Shown here piece after piece: positions 10,236 through 23,874 of a stretch of 64,000 bases of DNA; the stretch's first letter is position 1; every line of letters begins with the position of its first letter. Position numbers and translations under genes: made by a program. Under the pieces are notes generated by a model. It was given only the letters and a program-made list of their open reading frames with translations. It was not told the origin of the DNA and did not search any database. This DNA comes from Daphnia carinata (taxonomy: Eukaryota), in contig NC_081333.1 in assembly GCF_022539665.2 (NCBI RefSeq), positions 6,882,001-6,946,000 of the forward strand. Reading direction: 5' to 3'.

Positions 10236-13186
10236 TTACGTTGAATTTGACTGCTCGTTCTGTTGTTGAGGTGCGGCGGAGGCGGCAACGGCCATCTGAA
10301 ACAGGTTTTCCAAGTCACTGCCAGCCTGCAGAGACGAGGGATCGATAAGCAACGTTTGAGTAGTACCGGCGCTGCCGTCCTCTCCTTCGCCTCCGCACGC
10401 CAAGAACTCTTGGATGTTGGTGCCAGGATCCCAAACCACCATGTAGGTCTCTCCATCTTCCCCCTGCATAAGAAGGTTGCTGCCACCGTTGGTTGTTACG
10501 ACTTCGGTTGCCTCTCCGTTCTGAGATGTCAGGGCTACGGCTTCAGCTTCGGCTGCATCCTCGGTTACAATGATGACACCATTTTCGGCCACAGCTTCGA
10601 TTCTATTCTCAGCTATGACTTCGACTGTTTTCTCCTCTGCAGTCTCGATTCTTTCCTCCGGTACCGTTTCGACTCTGCCCTCTGGTACATTTTCGATTCT
10701 CTCCTGTGCTACAGTTTCAATTCTGTCCTCTGCCACAGTTTCGACTCTGTCTTCCGGTACCGTTTCGACGCTTTCCTCCACTACAGTTTCGAATCTATCC
10801 TCGCCTGTAGTTTCGACTCCGTTCTTTAGGTCACTTTCGTTTCCGGCTTCCGGCAAGGTTGCTGTTTCCTCCTTTTCCACTGCCAATGTTTCATGGTCAA
10901 TCTCGACGTTTTGCTCTTCTTCCATTTTTTTATTCGTGTCACGTACATCTACTGGAGCTTCCACATTTTCAATAGGTTTGACGATGCTCTTTTCTAATTG
11001 ACATGTTTCTTTTTCTTCAACTATCTGTTCTGGGTTGGCCTTTTCCATTTCACCTTCAACAGATTGATCCATTTTTTCTTCTGCCAACGAAGGATGTGGA
11101 TTTGCGTCCTTGGCCTCGTTCTCAACCACTTGATTGATTTCCTCCTCATCCATTGGCTGCTCTAGTTCGACTTTCTCTGGCTCATTGTTTGCAACCCCTT
11201 GATCGATATCTTCTTTGAGTTCTTCGATCTCTGATGGAGTTGTACTGGTCTTGCTCTTGTCGATTTCAATTGCTTTACTAAGCTCGGTAATGTCTGGGAT
11301 GGTAGGCACACTCGTTTCGGCTAGAAGAGATGCAACATCTTGCTTTATCTCCTCTTCGCCTTTCGATGGAGTATCAGGTGATGATTGTGCAACCCCATTT
11401 ACGCTGGTTGTAATCGTTTCTTTTTTCGGGGATAGTTTGTCGGTAGAGTTCGAATCTCCGTTTAGAGTTAAACTTCTTGCCTCACGATGTGTGGCATCTA
11501 GATCTGCATTAAGTTTGTCGATTTCAGCGCTGATGCCAGCTATTAACGATTCTTCCGTGTTGGAGGCCTCAGCATCGCCTTCGTTGAATTTGTCAGGAGT
11601 TTTGATATTCAGCGGCTCCGTTTCCATCGCATCGTCTTCATCTTCGTCGTCGCTTCTCTGGTGAAGCAGGTCCGACTTGGATGGCCGAAGTTCGCTGTCC
11701 GAATCACTTTCGGCTTCTATCTCCTTAGCCTTTTCTGGATGCAAAGGTATTCCAGTCTGATTGTTCTGTTGTTGCTTCTCTTCTTCATCATCTTCATCCC
11801 AGTCGGCCATTAATTTGTTTTTAACTTCGGGGTTGGCTTCTTTTTGTAGGGATTTTAGCCACTTCTTTTTCGGATTGAACTGTGTCTTACTCTCGCTTGG
11901 TTTAGTTATTGGACTCTTTGCCGATGTTGCAGTGGCTGAAGCTTTTCCCGATCGAGGTGTACGTGGTGTTTTAGGAGTTTTGGCTGTTTTCGGCATTTTG
12001 GCTGTTTTTGGCGACGCCTGGGTTTTTGCAGACGTCCTTGACTGAGAAGGTTTGCTGTCGATCTCTTTGGATTCCAGGTTTCGCTTTACTTGGTCGAAAA
12101 GGTCACCATCGGGTTCCGCGATGATTTTACTTCGTTTGCTAGCGGGTTTCTTTGTTGGGGAACTCTGTCTTTTTTGAGCTGTCTTCTGCTTGGTGGTGAT
12201 AGTGTTGGAAGAGCTTGAGTTGCTCAAATGTTCAGATTTTTTATGGAGGACCATAAGGTTTAAGCGGGAAGTCTGAAATGTACAGCTGTCACACTTGTAT
12301 TCTCCGACACCTGGGCTTCCTGCAAGAGGTGACTTTTCTTGCCTCCTAATTCTGACTTCGTGATCTGACTGACCCTGAAAGCGAGGATGATTGACTTTAG
12401 GTGTAATAGCTTCTTTGGCAGTTGGGCGGCCAGGGCGACGTGGGGTTGTTCCTTTAACAGGAGATTTTGTTTTCGCTTCCTTTACGCGTGGGTCAACGAA
12501 AATATTTTTGTACCTAATAAAACACAAGTGATTTCAATGAAGATTTTATCACACTTTTAATTGTGTGCCAATTTTCGAGAAAATCTTCAAACATACTTAG
12601 ACTGTGCAGGTACAGCTTTTTTTGGTTGAAATTTTTCATCATCAACCATATTTGGATTACCACCAATTAATTTCTCAGCTTGTCTGATACTGTCAGCAAA
12701 TTTCATGAAAGGACTGCTTGTTTCATTTAGTCGTTTTTTCTCAAAATATTTCTCTGTAAAATAAAAGGAGGGAAATAAATATTGAAAAACATTTCTTTTG
12801 GTATCATAAGAAAAAAAAAATGATCTGATGAACACCGTAATGGAAAACTTGACAAAGTATGTGAAACTTTGCCATTATGTTCCTGTACAGAGAGGACAAA
12901 GGAAGAAATGGGTAACACCAAATTTTAACGCAAACTTACTCATTCCAAGGGATATGTATTCTTGCTTCCGGTTTGACTCATAGGCACAAATGATGGTTTC
13001 ATCTTCCACAAACTGATAATTGTCTTCATTCAGGAATTTGACAACAGCGATGGTTTTGTCCGTTACATCTCCCACCAACTCCTGACGCAATTCCTCCACG
13101 TTTTCGACACGGCCAGGCCACCAGCCGAGTCTCTTGCTGGCCAGGACCCAGACAACATCCCCACTTTTGTACATCCTTGGCTCCAT
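10236..13186 (-). CDS. PWWP-domain, AT-hook-like and single C2H2 zinc-finger protein with a long acidic disordered tail, ~893 aa
   Basis: Exons (minus) 12940-13186, 12597-12753, 10236-12513 are in phase. PWWP: YKSGDVVWVLASKRLGWWPGRV...AVVKFLNEDNYQFV...FADSIRQAE. AT-hook-like: PRRPGRP. C2H2: YKCDSCTFQTSRLNLMVLHKKSEH. A probable non-coding first exon has its donor near 13286. Confidence 0.88.
10580..10820 (-). repeat. Coding tandem repeat, 24-nt / 8-aa unit ([VI]ET[VA].E.R), about 9-10 degenerate copies
   Basis: Protein FETVVEES VETVPEDR VETVAEDR IETVAQER IENVPEGR VETVPEER IETAEEKT VEVIAENR IEAVAENG; the recurring 'gtttcgac/tttcgatt' in the DNA has 24-nt spacing. Confidence 0.85.
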
Positions 13187-14797
13187 GTCACATGCAGCAA
13201 ATCTGATCGAATTCAATCAAACTTATCATCAGCGTTTTTCGGTTAATAAATTGGCTTTTTGTTTTGAGATGTGTGTTTACAATACCTGCAGCTGGGCTAG
13301 CGGACCACAAGGCGGCGTCATTGCATGCAACACGAAGTTGGCTTTTTGAACACTAGATGGCTAAAATTCATTGTAAAACGCGACAAGTACGAAAGATTAT
13401 GGTCATCACGAATATGCCAATCAACCATCGTAAACTATTTTAGCCACAGGCCTTTTTAGCTAAATAACTCATGAAACCTGAAAGCTCAATTTTCTCAATT
13501 AAGGTACATTTCTTCACGACGCATATTCGACGAGAAGCATAGTTCGTATGAGAAACCCTACACATGTCGTCAAGCCAGAGTGGGGTGGATGACGAGGGTT
13601 CTTTCGAAATTGCATATTTTGAAATCTAAACTTGTCACCCCTTCATACTTGTGTCACAGCATATTTCATAGTTTTATTTATAATCCGATTTCATATTTGC
13701 TTATATACAAAGCACATGGTGTGGATATTGGAGACCACTTCCCCTAACTGCAACTCGTCAGGGCCGTTTCAAGTGGGTAGCGAGGGAAATCAAAAACCTG
13801 GTCAAACAGGGGGCAAGGATTATTTCAAATTGCACATTACAAATTTAATGGAGTCGTCAAGGGCAACGGTAAAATGATTGACAACTTCATCGTCGGCCAT
13901 ATGCGTGTGATTCCGCGCAGCTGCGGTTTTCTCTCAAAAACCCTTTGAAATTGTTCTACGTCTTTTGATTCACTACACTTCCCTACCAAATAGAATTCAA
14001 TGAAATAAGAATGCGAGAGGAAACCCAACCGAACAACAACAAATAGAAATGGATCCATTAAACCTGCTACCCAGCGTGGAGAAAGATAATGCGAGGTCAT
14101 GTCGGAATCAAAATGAAGCCCAAAACAGCACAAATTGTGACCTCTACCACTTCGTTTTTCTTTTTCAAGAAAATCGTGAACGAAGCCTAACAGTAGAAAC
14201 AAGAGAGACGTGAAGGGTCTCAGCTCGCAAGGTTCTATTCCCTTTTTTTTTTTTTTTTCCTGAATAGTACAAAAAACAAGAACTCGATTCGAATAATTGC
14301 TCTTATCTTTTTTCCAGCAACGTAAAGAGACATCATCCGGTATGCACACACAAGAACAACAACAGCACGTAGACGAAACGCATCCAGTAAATAATAAATG
14401 TGGTGTAAGTACGAAAATTTTTTTTTTAAAACGATGGAAAACAATTAGTCGGAAAAACTTCTGTTGTCGCAGAACTCGTCCCAAATTACAGAGCGACATG
14501 TATAACGCAGTCAGTTCCCATATATTCCTCTCGTTTTCATTCCATTTCGGGTAGGAAGAGGAAGGACAATGGAACGGGAGTTAGTGACATCTGATGGGGT
14601 TGGGACTGCTATCGAGATGAGTCGAATGTTTATTTTCTCGTTTCTACGTATATCGTATGGTACGCTGACGACTGCACGACTTTCCCTTTCTTTTCTCCAT
14701 GCGCACAGTTGTTGTGTGCCAAATGAGTGAAAAGAGAAAAAAAACCTCCGACTGCTGACAAATGACGACCCGGTCCCGCCCACGCTGTTTGACTTGT

Positions 14798-14826
14798 ATG
14801 ATGATGATGATGATGATGATGATGAC
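14798..14826. repeat. (ATG/GAT)n microsatellite
   Basis: atgatgatgatgatgatgatgatgatgac. Confidence 0.9.
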
Positions 14827-17687
14827 GAGTTGCTGTGACTAGCAGATGACCTTAGTGACAGGCTAATGACAGCCTTAGTACAGTACAGACTGACCTACCT
14901 ATTATTTCTAGGCCAAACGGGTAGGGTGGACAAAAAAAAAAGGGTTTTCGAAATAGGGGGGGAGTGTATTTGTAAAGAAAAATAATAGGGGCGATGAGTA
15001 TCAAAGAATTGCATCCGTACAAACAAAACAGGTACACATGAATTCAACTCGCCTCCCCCCCCCCCCCCCCCCCCCGTTGACTATTTTTTTTTTTCACGGG
15101 AGATGAATGGTTTCACGCATGCAACCTGATCATCTCGGTATCACTCATATCATCAGCTAGAGAGAGGTTGGGCATCCACTTTGTTAGCCAGTAAGAACGA
15201 CATGTACACCCCCCCCCCCTTCCATTCTCAAACGTTACGTAGGCTACGAATCGATAAAGTACTTCCGAATTCTAACGTACCACTCCGCACGCGCTTCTCT
15301 CCTACACTTTCCCCCTGTACATGTAAAAGCTAAATAAAGGAGCATACTGTATTACATTACGAAACTATGTATATTATATCCGCTATTTACTGTTACGCTA
15401 CTGGGTACTTATATTATCCAGGTGGTTCTTCTTCCACTGAAATTCTTTCTCTTAAAAAAAGAAAAGTGAAGTGAACTCTCTGGAAGGTAAAACGGAATGT
15501 CGCAAAAAAAAAAAAAAAAAAAAAAATGTAGTATGTGGGGTCGTGTGTGTAACAGTGCGGAATAGATGTAGAGACATATCAAAAGGGCATTTGCCACGCA
15601 ACAGACACGCTTTTCTACCATGCAAGAAATTTTAGTTTTTTTTTTTTTTTTTTTTTTTTTTTCTTGTTATAAAATTCTATTCAATTTTCCAGTAGAGAGA
15701 TCAACGTGTGGATACCGTTGATGTGTTGCTGCTACTGCTGGTTGTCACGGCGTTGTTCATTTCGTGATTAGACGGCTATATATGGATTTGAATGGCAGCT
15801 CTTTTGTATTGATTGGCTTTCGTTGAATGCCTTGTAAATGATCTTCCACTGTTGCGCACACACCTGGCTAACAAAAGGCCAAAAGAATTTCTTTTATCTA
15901 CGAGTCTGTTATCAACTGGCCGGCGCGCCGGGTGCTGTTGGTGCGTTCAAAAAGATAATCCCTAGCCTTGGGGATTATCCGGCTATTATTCACGCCGCGT
16001 TGCGTCCAATGACGGCAGCTCGTTTTAATTCGGTAAAAAAAAAAAAAAAAAAACACGTCACACACACACACGAAAATGATTGGTATTTTATTTTTTTAAT
16101 ATTTATTTTTTTTTTTTTTTTGGAGTGAAAAATGTGTTTGTTATTTATTGGGTAATTGATCGCTATAGTCAGCCGTTTAAAAAAAATAAATGGCTTTGTT
16201 CCGATGTTTGCTCGGTAACACAATTTCAAAACACAAAGGGCGAGATTTTTTTTTTTTTTTTTTAAAAAGCTCTAAAATTATCGTCACGCATCCTGGTGTA
16301 AAACGAAAACTGGTCAAAAAAAAAAAAAAAAAAATGTGACAATTTTGGTATTGGGGCGTTGGCTTGGATGGAAAAAAAAAAAATTCGAAAAGCATTCAAA
16401 ACTCGATCGTGCGGAAACTTATTTTTGAACAAAAAAAAAAAAAAAGTGTCCTTTTTCTCTGGCCATTTCGGGTTTGTATCGTGCTGCAGCATTTTTTCTG
16501 CGACGACGACGTCATCATTATTTTGCGCCCCAGTGATAACAACAAACAAGGAACAAAAAGGGACAGAAAGCTATAAAAATTTACCTCCGTAATAAATACT
16601 TCTATGCTGGTAGTTTTTTTTTTTTTAATGTGTAAATGGGCGCCAGCCGCAACCAATAATAAAACGAAAAAGTACACACACACACGAAGAGATAGCAAAA
16701 AAAAATTCTTGTGTAAGCGAGAGCTTATATTTATGACTTTAATAGGTCACGTGCCGTGGTGACGTGATACCCGGACGTAAGAGAAACACCGGCTCCGTGT
16801 TTTTGTTTTTTTTTTGTTTTTTTTTTCTTTCTTTCGCTTGTTATATTAAACTGCGTAAACGCACAAATCGAGGCTAATGGCTCGTTTAAATTCTCAACGA
16901 AAAATAAAAAAGCGTAAAATATAAGGGAGGCCAATTCAGCCTTTTCACCGAGTTAAATTGGCGAACGGATTGAATAGTTTGCATTTCAATGGCTTTTGAT
17001 TCAACAACGGGGGCGTATTGCGCCCCCCCCCCCCGACTGGGCGATTGGACACGCGCCCGCGTTTGGATATTACACACATCTATCCCTCGTAGAATAATTA
17101 GTACGTAAAAAAAAAAAAAATTGAGAGGGGGAGGGGGATCCCATACCCAAGGCAGCAGCGTTACATGACGTTTCGCTAATTGCTCGTGTGCGCAATGTGT
17201 TGAGCGTTGCGGCTGTTGCCTTTCTGAATTTTAGAAAAAAAAAAAACGCGCTAGAATTATTTACGATCTTAAAAAAAAAAAAAAAAAAAAAAATGGGTGG
17301 GAGGGAGGGGCGCTGGAATTAAAATGAATTTCATACAAAACGTTTCATTTCTCTCCGTAACGAAATACGATTTTCCGTCCATAAAACAAAAATCCGAAAT
17401 CATAAAAAATAAAAGGGACAAAAAAAAAGAAAAAAAGAAAAAAGAAAAAAATCAAATCAAAATCTGCGTTGAAAATTTTCTATTTCGATGGGGAGAGGCT
17501 GATAAACTATAAACAACTGGGCAAAGTTAAGAACCCATTGGCCTTGTTAAACATGTGAACAAGAGAGAAGAAGCCCAAAGTGAGACAGTCTGTATGATAA
17601 CATCACTTGTCATATTATTTATTATTTATCGGCGCAACAACCAAAACCGAAATGGTTTTTTTTTTTTTCCTTTCTTTCTTTTCTTCT

Positions 17688-17722
<35 letters not shown>

Positions 17723-20700
17723 TTTGGTCGTGTTGTTGTTATTGTGGATTCGGATGGTGAGGGTTTTTTTTTCTTCCCCTCCCTTTTCGTTGAGGCGGCA
17801 AACGGTTGCGGCGACTGCGGCAGCGGCGACGACACCGAACCGCCCGGCAATTAACACGACAGTGTCCAATAAAATAAATATCAAGCAAAGAAAAAAAAAA
17901 AAAAAAAAAAAAGATTTTTAGCCTTTTACTCTTCTAACATATCCAAACCCATTTTTTTTTTTACTGTGTGTACACAACCCTTGTTGCTTGTTTGTCCATG
18001 TGTGTTATAATAATAAAATGAAGAAGAAGAAGAAGAAGATCCAAGTTGAACCGAAAAAGACATGCCGCCGTTGTCTGTACATCTATTTATTTTCTAAAAA
18101 AAAAAAATCTTTTCTTCCCTCATCCCTATTTATTGGATAGCCCGACACATTCTCAGAGCCAAAAAAAAAAAAAAAAGAAAAAAGCCAAAAACAAATTAGA
18201 TAGCCATCACTCGGAGGCCGAACAACAAGAGATATGCCATCTCGCTCGCATTGTTTTTTTGTGTATTGTTGTTTCTTTGAAGCCGTATGTGCTTGTCAAG
18301 CGTTTGATCCACTATCTTCTTCTTTTTTTTTTTTTTCCGACCACGTTATGTGTACTATTGTGCTGACCTGCCGGACTTATTGGATAGAGAACTATTCGAG
18401 CATTAGCGTCAAAGACTGGGAAATGAACAATCGCGGCGTAGAAATCTTTTGGCGTGTCCGACAAACCAAACACGGAGCGAATAAGAAAAAGAAGAGCTTA
18501 GGAAAAATGTCTAGTATTTTGTTACGTTTTTGGTCGGATTTATTTGTGTGTGTGTGTGTGTGTACAGCATACCGACGGGTATCAATTATACAACCGAAAC
18601 AATGTGGAATTAAAACAATTTAACGGAATGCCCCAGTCACAAACATGAGAGAGAGAGAGAGAACCCAAATGAATTTAGATTTTGACTTGGATGGGGAATT
18701 TTCTTTTTTTTTTTTTTTTTTTTTTCAAAGCGAAAAGGAAAGAATCCGTCGGATTCTTTTTTAGCTTTCCTATACCCCCTTGCAGCCGGGTAAGGGAGGA
18801 AAAATTAAAAAAAAAAAAAAAAAAAAAGGCTATATAGGCCTATGTATACACAAAATGTCTACATGTCTATACGATCCGCGCATATTTACTGGAGGCCTGT
18901 CGGTGACTATCAATTTATGATGCCCTAAAACAAGGAGACATTTCTGATTTTCTTCTTCTTCTTTTTTTTTTTTTTGTTTTTAACTGACCCAGATTGAATG
19001 TCAATCTGTTATCTTTGAGTCAAAATCAATCTAACGTTTTCTTTATTACTCTTTCGAAAAATGTTTTCGTGTAGTCGTCCCCCCCCCACGACTACGTCGA
19101 TAAAACACTTCGAAAAAAAAAAAAAAAAAGAAAAAAAAAAAGGTTTCACTTCCTGCCTTTCGTTGTTGCAACAACAGGATGTTGTACAGCTATAGGAGTC
19201 GGATAAAATTGGAGGGTCCCCCGTAATCAGCTGAAACGCGGATGCACCCAGTTCTATGTAGGCTACACATATGGTGAAGTACATATTCGCTGCGAGCTGT
19301 TTGAACGACATCCTTCGACCGCCCGCTATTTTAGACGCATACACTTCAAGTCAAACTCAAAAATGCTTGCAGCCTGTGTGCAGCTAGTTCCAATAAGTAA
19401 AAGTGATTTCATGATAGCGGTAGGCTTACAAAAGAGAAAAAAACAAAAACAAAAAAAAAAAAAAAAGACTAATAACAACAGGAAACTAATAACTGGAAAG
19501 ACAGCGGCCTAATAACAAGCGCGACAACAAACAAGCTTCTTTTGTTTACACGCAACCTTTAAGCAACGCGGCGGAGGCAATAAAAAATCAAAACAAACAT
19601 TCCGGGCGGGACCCAAAAAAGATTTTTAAATTAATTTTTTTTTTTCTTCTTTCTTTCTTTTCTTTTTTTTTTTTTTTTTATGTTTTGTGTATGAGGGTTA
19701 GTCAAACAAATCTGTTCCAGAAAAAGGAAATACGAAAACCCTTTTTTTTTTTCGTTTTTATGAAAGAACAGGTGGAATATATGAAGCGCAATGGGAACAC
19801 ATTGAACCGTGATGACGTAAAACAGAAGCACATGCGAGACTCATTGTGAAAGCAGAGGGTGCCGGTTTGAATCGATATTGAAAAAAAAAATGAAACAAAA
19901 AAAAAAAGGACGGCCCATAATGTTTGCTCATGTTGTGCATGCTATGTGAAAAGGGTCAGCTGTCGCCACCTGGGGTTCTTCCATAAGCCGTTCCGTCATA
20001 CACAACGCTATTCACCCAAACCCCCTCTCCTTCCCTGTTTTGTTTAACACATTTTCAACAAGGATCTGTCGATTTGCATCGTCCGACTCCTCGCCTCAAT
20101 AATTAACACGCAATCTCCCGTCTACGGACAGGTGCCTTGCCAATCTATACTTCATTCATTTTTTTTCCTTGATATACTTAAGACAAGAAAGATGTCGAAA
20201 CCGAGTCGACATCATAAGGAAGTAGAGCTACGTACCTGTGCATCATTGACAATGTCACTCTGCTAGAGCAATCCTGTTTTATTATGCACGAGACGCTAAG
20301 TGCTTTTTGGTGCCTTTGGTCGTCAGCCAGTTGATAATGGATACACTTGCAAACGTTCCAGAATGTTGCCTCTATAGACATAGTTAAAAAAAAAAAAAAA
20401 AAAAAAAAAACAATGCGTGGGTGGCCTTTGTTGTCAATTGTTTCTTTTTTTTTTTTTTTTTTTTTTTTACAACACACGCACACAGCAATTTAGCGACAGT
20501 TTTCTAGCGGCCAAGTGCTAATCGTTCCAAAAGTTTGTGATGGTCTCGTTTTCGTTTCTTCGATCAACCCAACGCCAAAAAAAAACAGCTGCTCAATTCA
20601 GGAGCTACACATGTATAGTCTGCTACTACGCGTTTCCCATTTGTTTTGTTTGTTTTTTTTTTTCTCGGAAAAAGGGGGGGGGGGAGGTGGAGGGATCATT

Positions 20701-21966
20701 ACAAAACGCCAACGACACACACAAAACATCAACGTTCATTATGTTCGTTATATAGCTGAAAACAACCCATTGTGTGTGTATAATAGACAAGCACTTTCTT
20801 CGAAAAAAAAATAAAGAAAATGTTCCATTTTTCTTTCCTTATATCTTTTTGCTGGGCTTCCGTCACAGTGTAAGAAACACTAGACGGCCCTGGCCAGCCC
20901 TTTTTGTTTTTAATGCTTATTAAAAAAAAAAAAAAAAAAAAAAACGAAAAGAAGGGGACTGTTAGTGCCTGCAGTTCAGTGTAACGAGCCCTTTTTCTTT
21001 AATGGTATTGTACACTTGTTTCTTTCAGTTAAAAACAAAAAAAAAAAAATGATCTTTACGTGAAGAAACATAAGAATTCAGTTTTACAAAACCTTCATCT
21101 TACGTATTTCCGGTCACAAAAAGAAAAGGAAAAAAAAAAACTTTAAATGTTTTCGTTTTTTTTTTTTTTTTTTTTTTTTAAGGCTATACGCAGCAAAAGA
21201 CGTACCGTTACAAGACGGGCATTTTATATAGTCGTGAATTTGTGTTTGCGTTAGTCGTCCGCTTTTCTTTGGGTTGTTTGACATCTATAAAGGCAGGGGC
21301 ATGTAATATAGTCGAAGTCCTCCCCTTTTCCGTCATGGCTACTGGTCTTGACACGAGATCATCCATCAGCAAGAAAAGGGAAAAAAAAGGGCAAGGCACA
21401 GTACCCAAAAGAAGGCTGGCCATGAGGCACACTAACGTGTGTGTGCATCAACCCAAAGCTGGCCAGCAGCAAGCGTTCGTTCCCGCAGCGTCTAACACGC
21501 ACGCACATCATACTAGACATGTATATATATATATATATATGTAGGACATAGGGGGGAGAGAACGAAGTGTATGCCTCTTTTTCTTAGAACCCACCCACCA
21601 GTGAAGATGGCCACACCCATCGACTGGGACGGAGGGACGGACTTGCGGAGCAAAAGAGAAGAAAAGTGGGCGCAGTCAGATACACTGCAAGCGTGTAGTC
21701 TTTTTAGTTTGTTTTTTTTTTGTCCCGGCCCGGTTGTTTCTCCTTCTGCCAGCCCATCGACCAATCACCTTCTTTGTCCCCCCCCCCCATGTTAGCAGCT
21801 CTGCAGCAACTGGAACTATGTTTTTTTTTTTTTTTACTTCAACCATCGCTGCTACTACTACGCTAAAGGCTTGTATAGCCATAAACACACACACACAATA
21901 GCTGCTATATATTCCGGTCCTTTTTTTTTTTTTTTTTTGGGAAGTCCGAATGGCTATATAGCCCGG

Positions 21967-21997
<31 letters not shown>

Positions 21998-23874
21998 ATG
22001 TAGACACCCAAATAATGGCGGATCTAAGTTTGGGGAGGAAAACAGTCGAGCTGTGAGCGTTGCCGACGGCGGATTAGACATCCACACATTCTCTCTTTTC
22101 TTCTCTCGTTTCGTTTCGTTTCGTTTTTTTTTTTTTTTTTTTTTTGTATTCCTTCTTCCTATATAGTTGAGAAAAAGAAATATATACACACAAGGCTACC
22201 TATATAGACGACGTGGTGGAGGGAACAAACCTTTCGAAAGAAACTTGCAAGAAAAAGAGTTTTTACCTACAGACGGAGCGCAGTAGTTCTTCAGTCGTTG
22301 CTCCGGTCTCGAAGCAGAAGGACATACACGCAAACAGTGGGCCATACATATACTACATACACTCCCGTACAACAACAACAACAACATTCATCGGTATTTT
22401 TTTTTTTTCGTGCGTGTGTGTGTGTGTGTGTGTGTTTGATTTGGATTTTTGTTCCAGTGTCGTTTTTCGAATCGTGTTTTACTTCATAAGTGTTTTTTTT
22501 TTTTTTTTTTGTTAGTGCCGCGGCTTCCCTTATTTTTGAAAAAATATCATCCGTTTTTATTTACTCAAGTGTTTGTGGCACGAACAACAACAACAACAAC
22601 AACAACAAAAAACACAGCATCATTACGTAGGGGGAGAAAAAAGAAATAAGTGGTAAAACGTCTGGAACACCTGTGCGCGTCGGACATATACATACCCAGT
22701 ACGTATGGCACGTTACCGTGTTTCTTTTACCTTGATACATGTGTGTGTGTGTGTGTGTTGTTTTTAACCACATTGGCTATAGCTATTAGATCTGTTAATA
22801 GAAAATAGTTTTTTTTTTTTTTTTTTTTTTTATAAATAGCATTTGGCGGTGATTGCCAGTGTGTTTTAACGAGTGGTCAATAAAACGACAAGTGGTGGGT
22901 TAAAATCGAAAGGCGTACACACAACTTTGTGGGTGGGCAGTGACACCGTATAGGCCAGCCCTTCTAAGGGTGAAAGCGTAATTCGGGTAAAAATCAAGTT
23001 TTTCTTGTTCGAGTTATCGGGGGCAAAACAGGAAAAACAAGAGTGTTTCGATTTATGTAACCGTATGTATATGTACACAATGTGATTACAGCTCTGCGCT
23101 TTTGCACACACTTGGAAAAAAAAACGAATAACAATTGTGGGGGCCATAGTTTAATGAGGTGATTATTCATGTCCAGTTTACCTGTAAAATTTTTCTTTGT
23201 AAATTCAAGCTGCTGTCCTAATCTTCCAAGATTGTTTACACAGGGGGATATCGATAAGAAGTTTGCTCTTTTCAAATGTTTTTTTGTTTTTTTTTTTAAT
23301 TTGAAAAAAAAAAAAAAAAAATAAAAAAAAATAATCTGACTGGAGACTCTCATAGAACTCGTGCGCGCAAACGCTTGACAGCAGCTTAATCAACACCCCA
23401 ATCAAAAAGAACAATCTCTTCAGGTTTTTTTTTTTTTTTTTTTGTGTTTCTTCTTCTTTAAAAGAACAACACAAAAAACCCTCAAAGATATTTAAGGAAG
23501 AAGAAAAAACAAAAACAAAACCGGTCGTTCTTTTGGGCTGCTGGGCTTCTTGCCAGTCAACTACCGGCCCATTTTGGGGTTGGACCGGGAGAAAGAAATA
23601 TGTTATTGATTATTTTATTATTTTTTTTTTTTATTTTATTTTTTTTTTTTTGGGTTCAGAAATTCTCTTGTCATTCAATTTTTGTGTTTTTTTTTTATTT
23701 GCTAGGTAAAGAAAGAAGGAGGACGAAACATTTGGAATTGTTTTTTCACCGCTGATGACGCTTGATTTTGTTTTCACGCGGGAAAAAGTGCTGTCCGAGT
23801 GATTGAATTTGAATAACTCGTGTGAGACTCGTGTCAGTTTTGCTCTTCGAACAAGAACAACAACAACAAAAAAA

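Noticed and set aside
10580..10820. Regularly spaced repeats as a CRISPR-like array
   Set aside because: These are in-frame coding tandem repeats with no unique spacers, in a eukaryotic exon.
10263..12045. Plus-strand ORFs of 94-188 aa
   Set aside because: Antisense shadows of the long acidic exon of the PWWP-ZnF gene.
9422..13290. Shared first exon for both PWWP genes
   Set aside because: The interval has its own minus-strand AATAAA (~9750) and a local promoter/donor-like segment (~9590-9660), so separate transcription is simpler.
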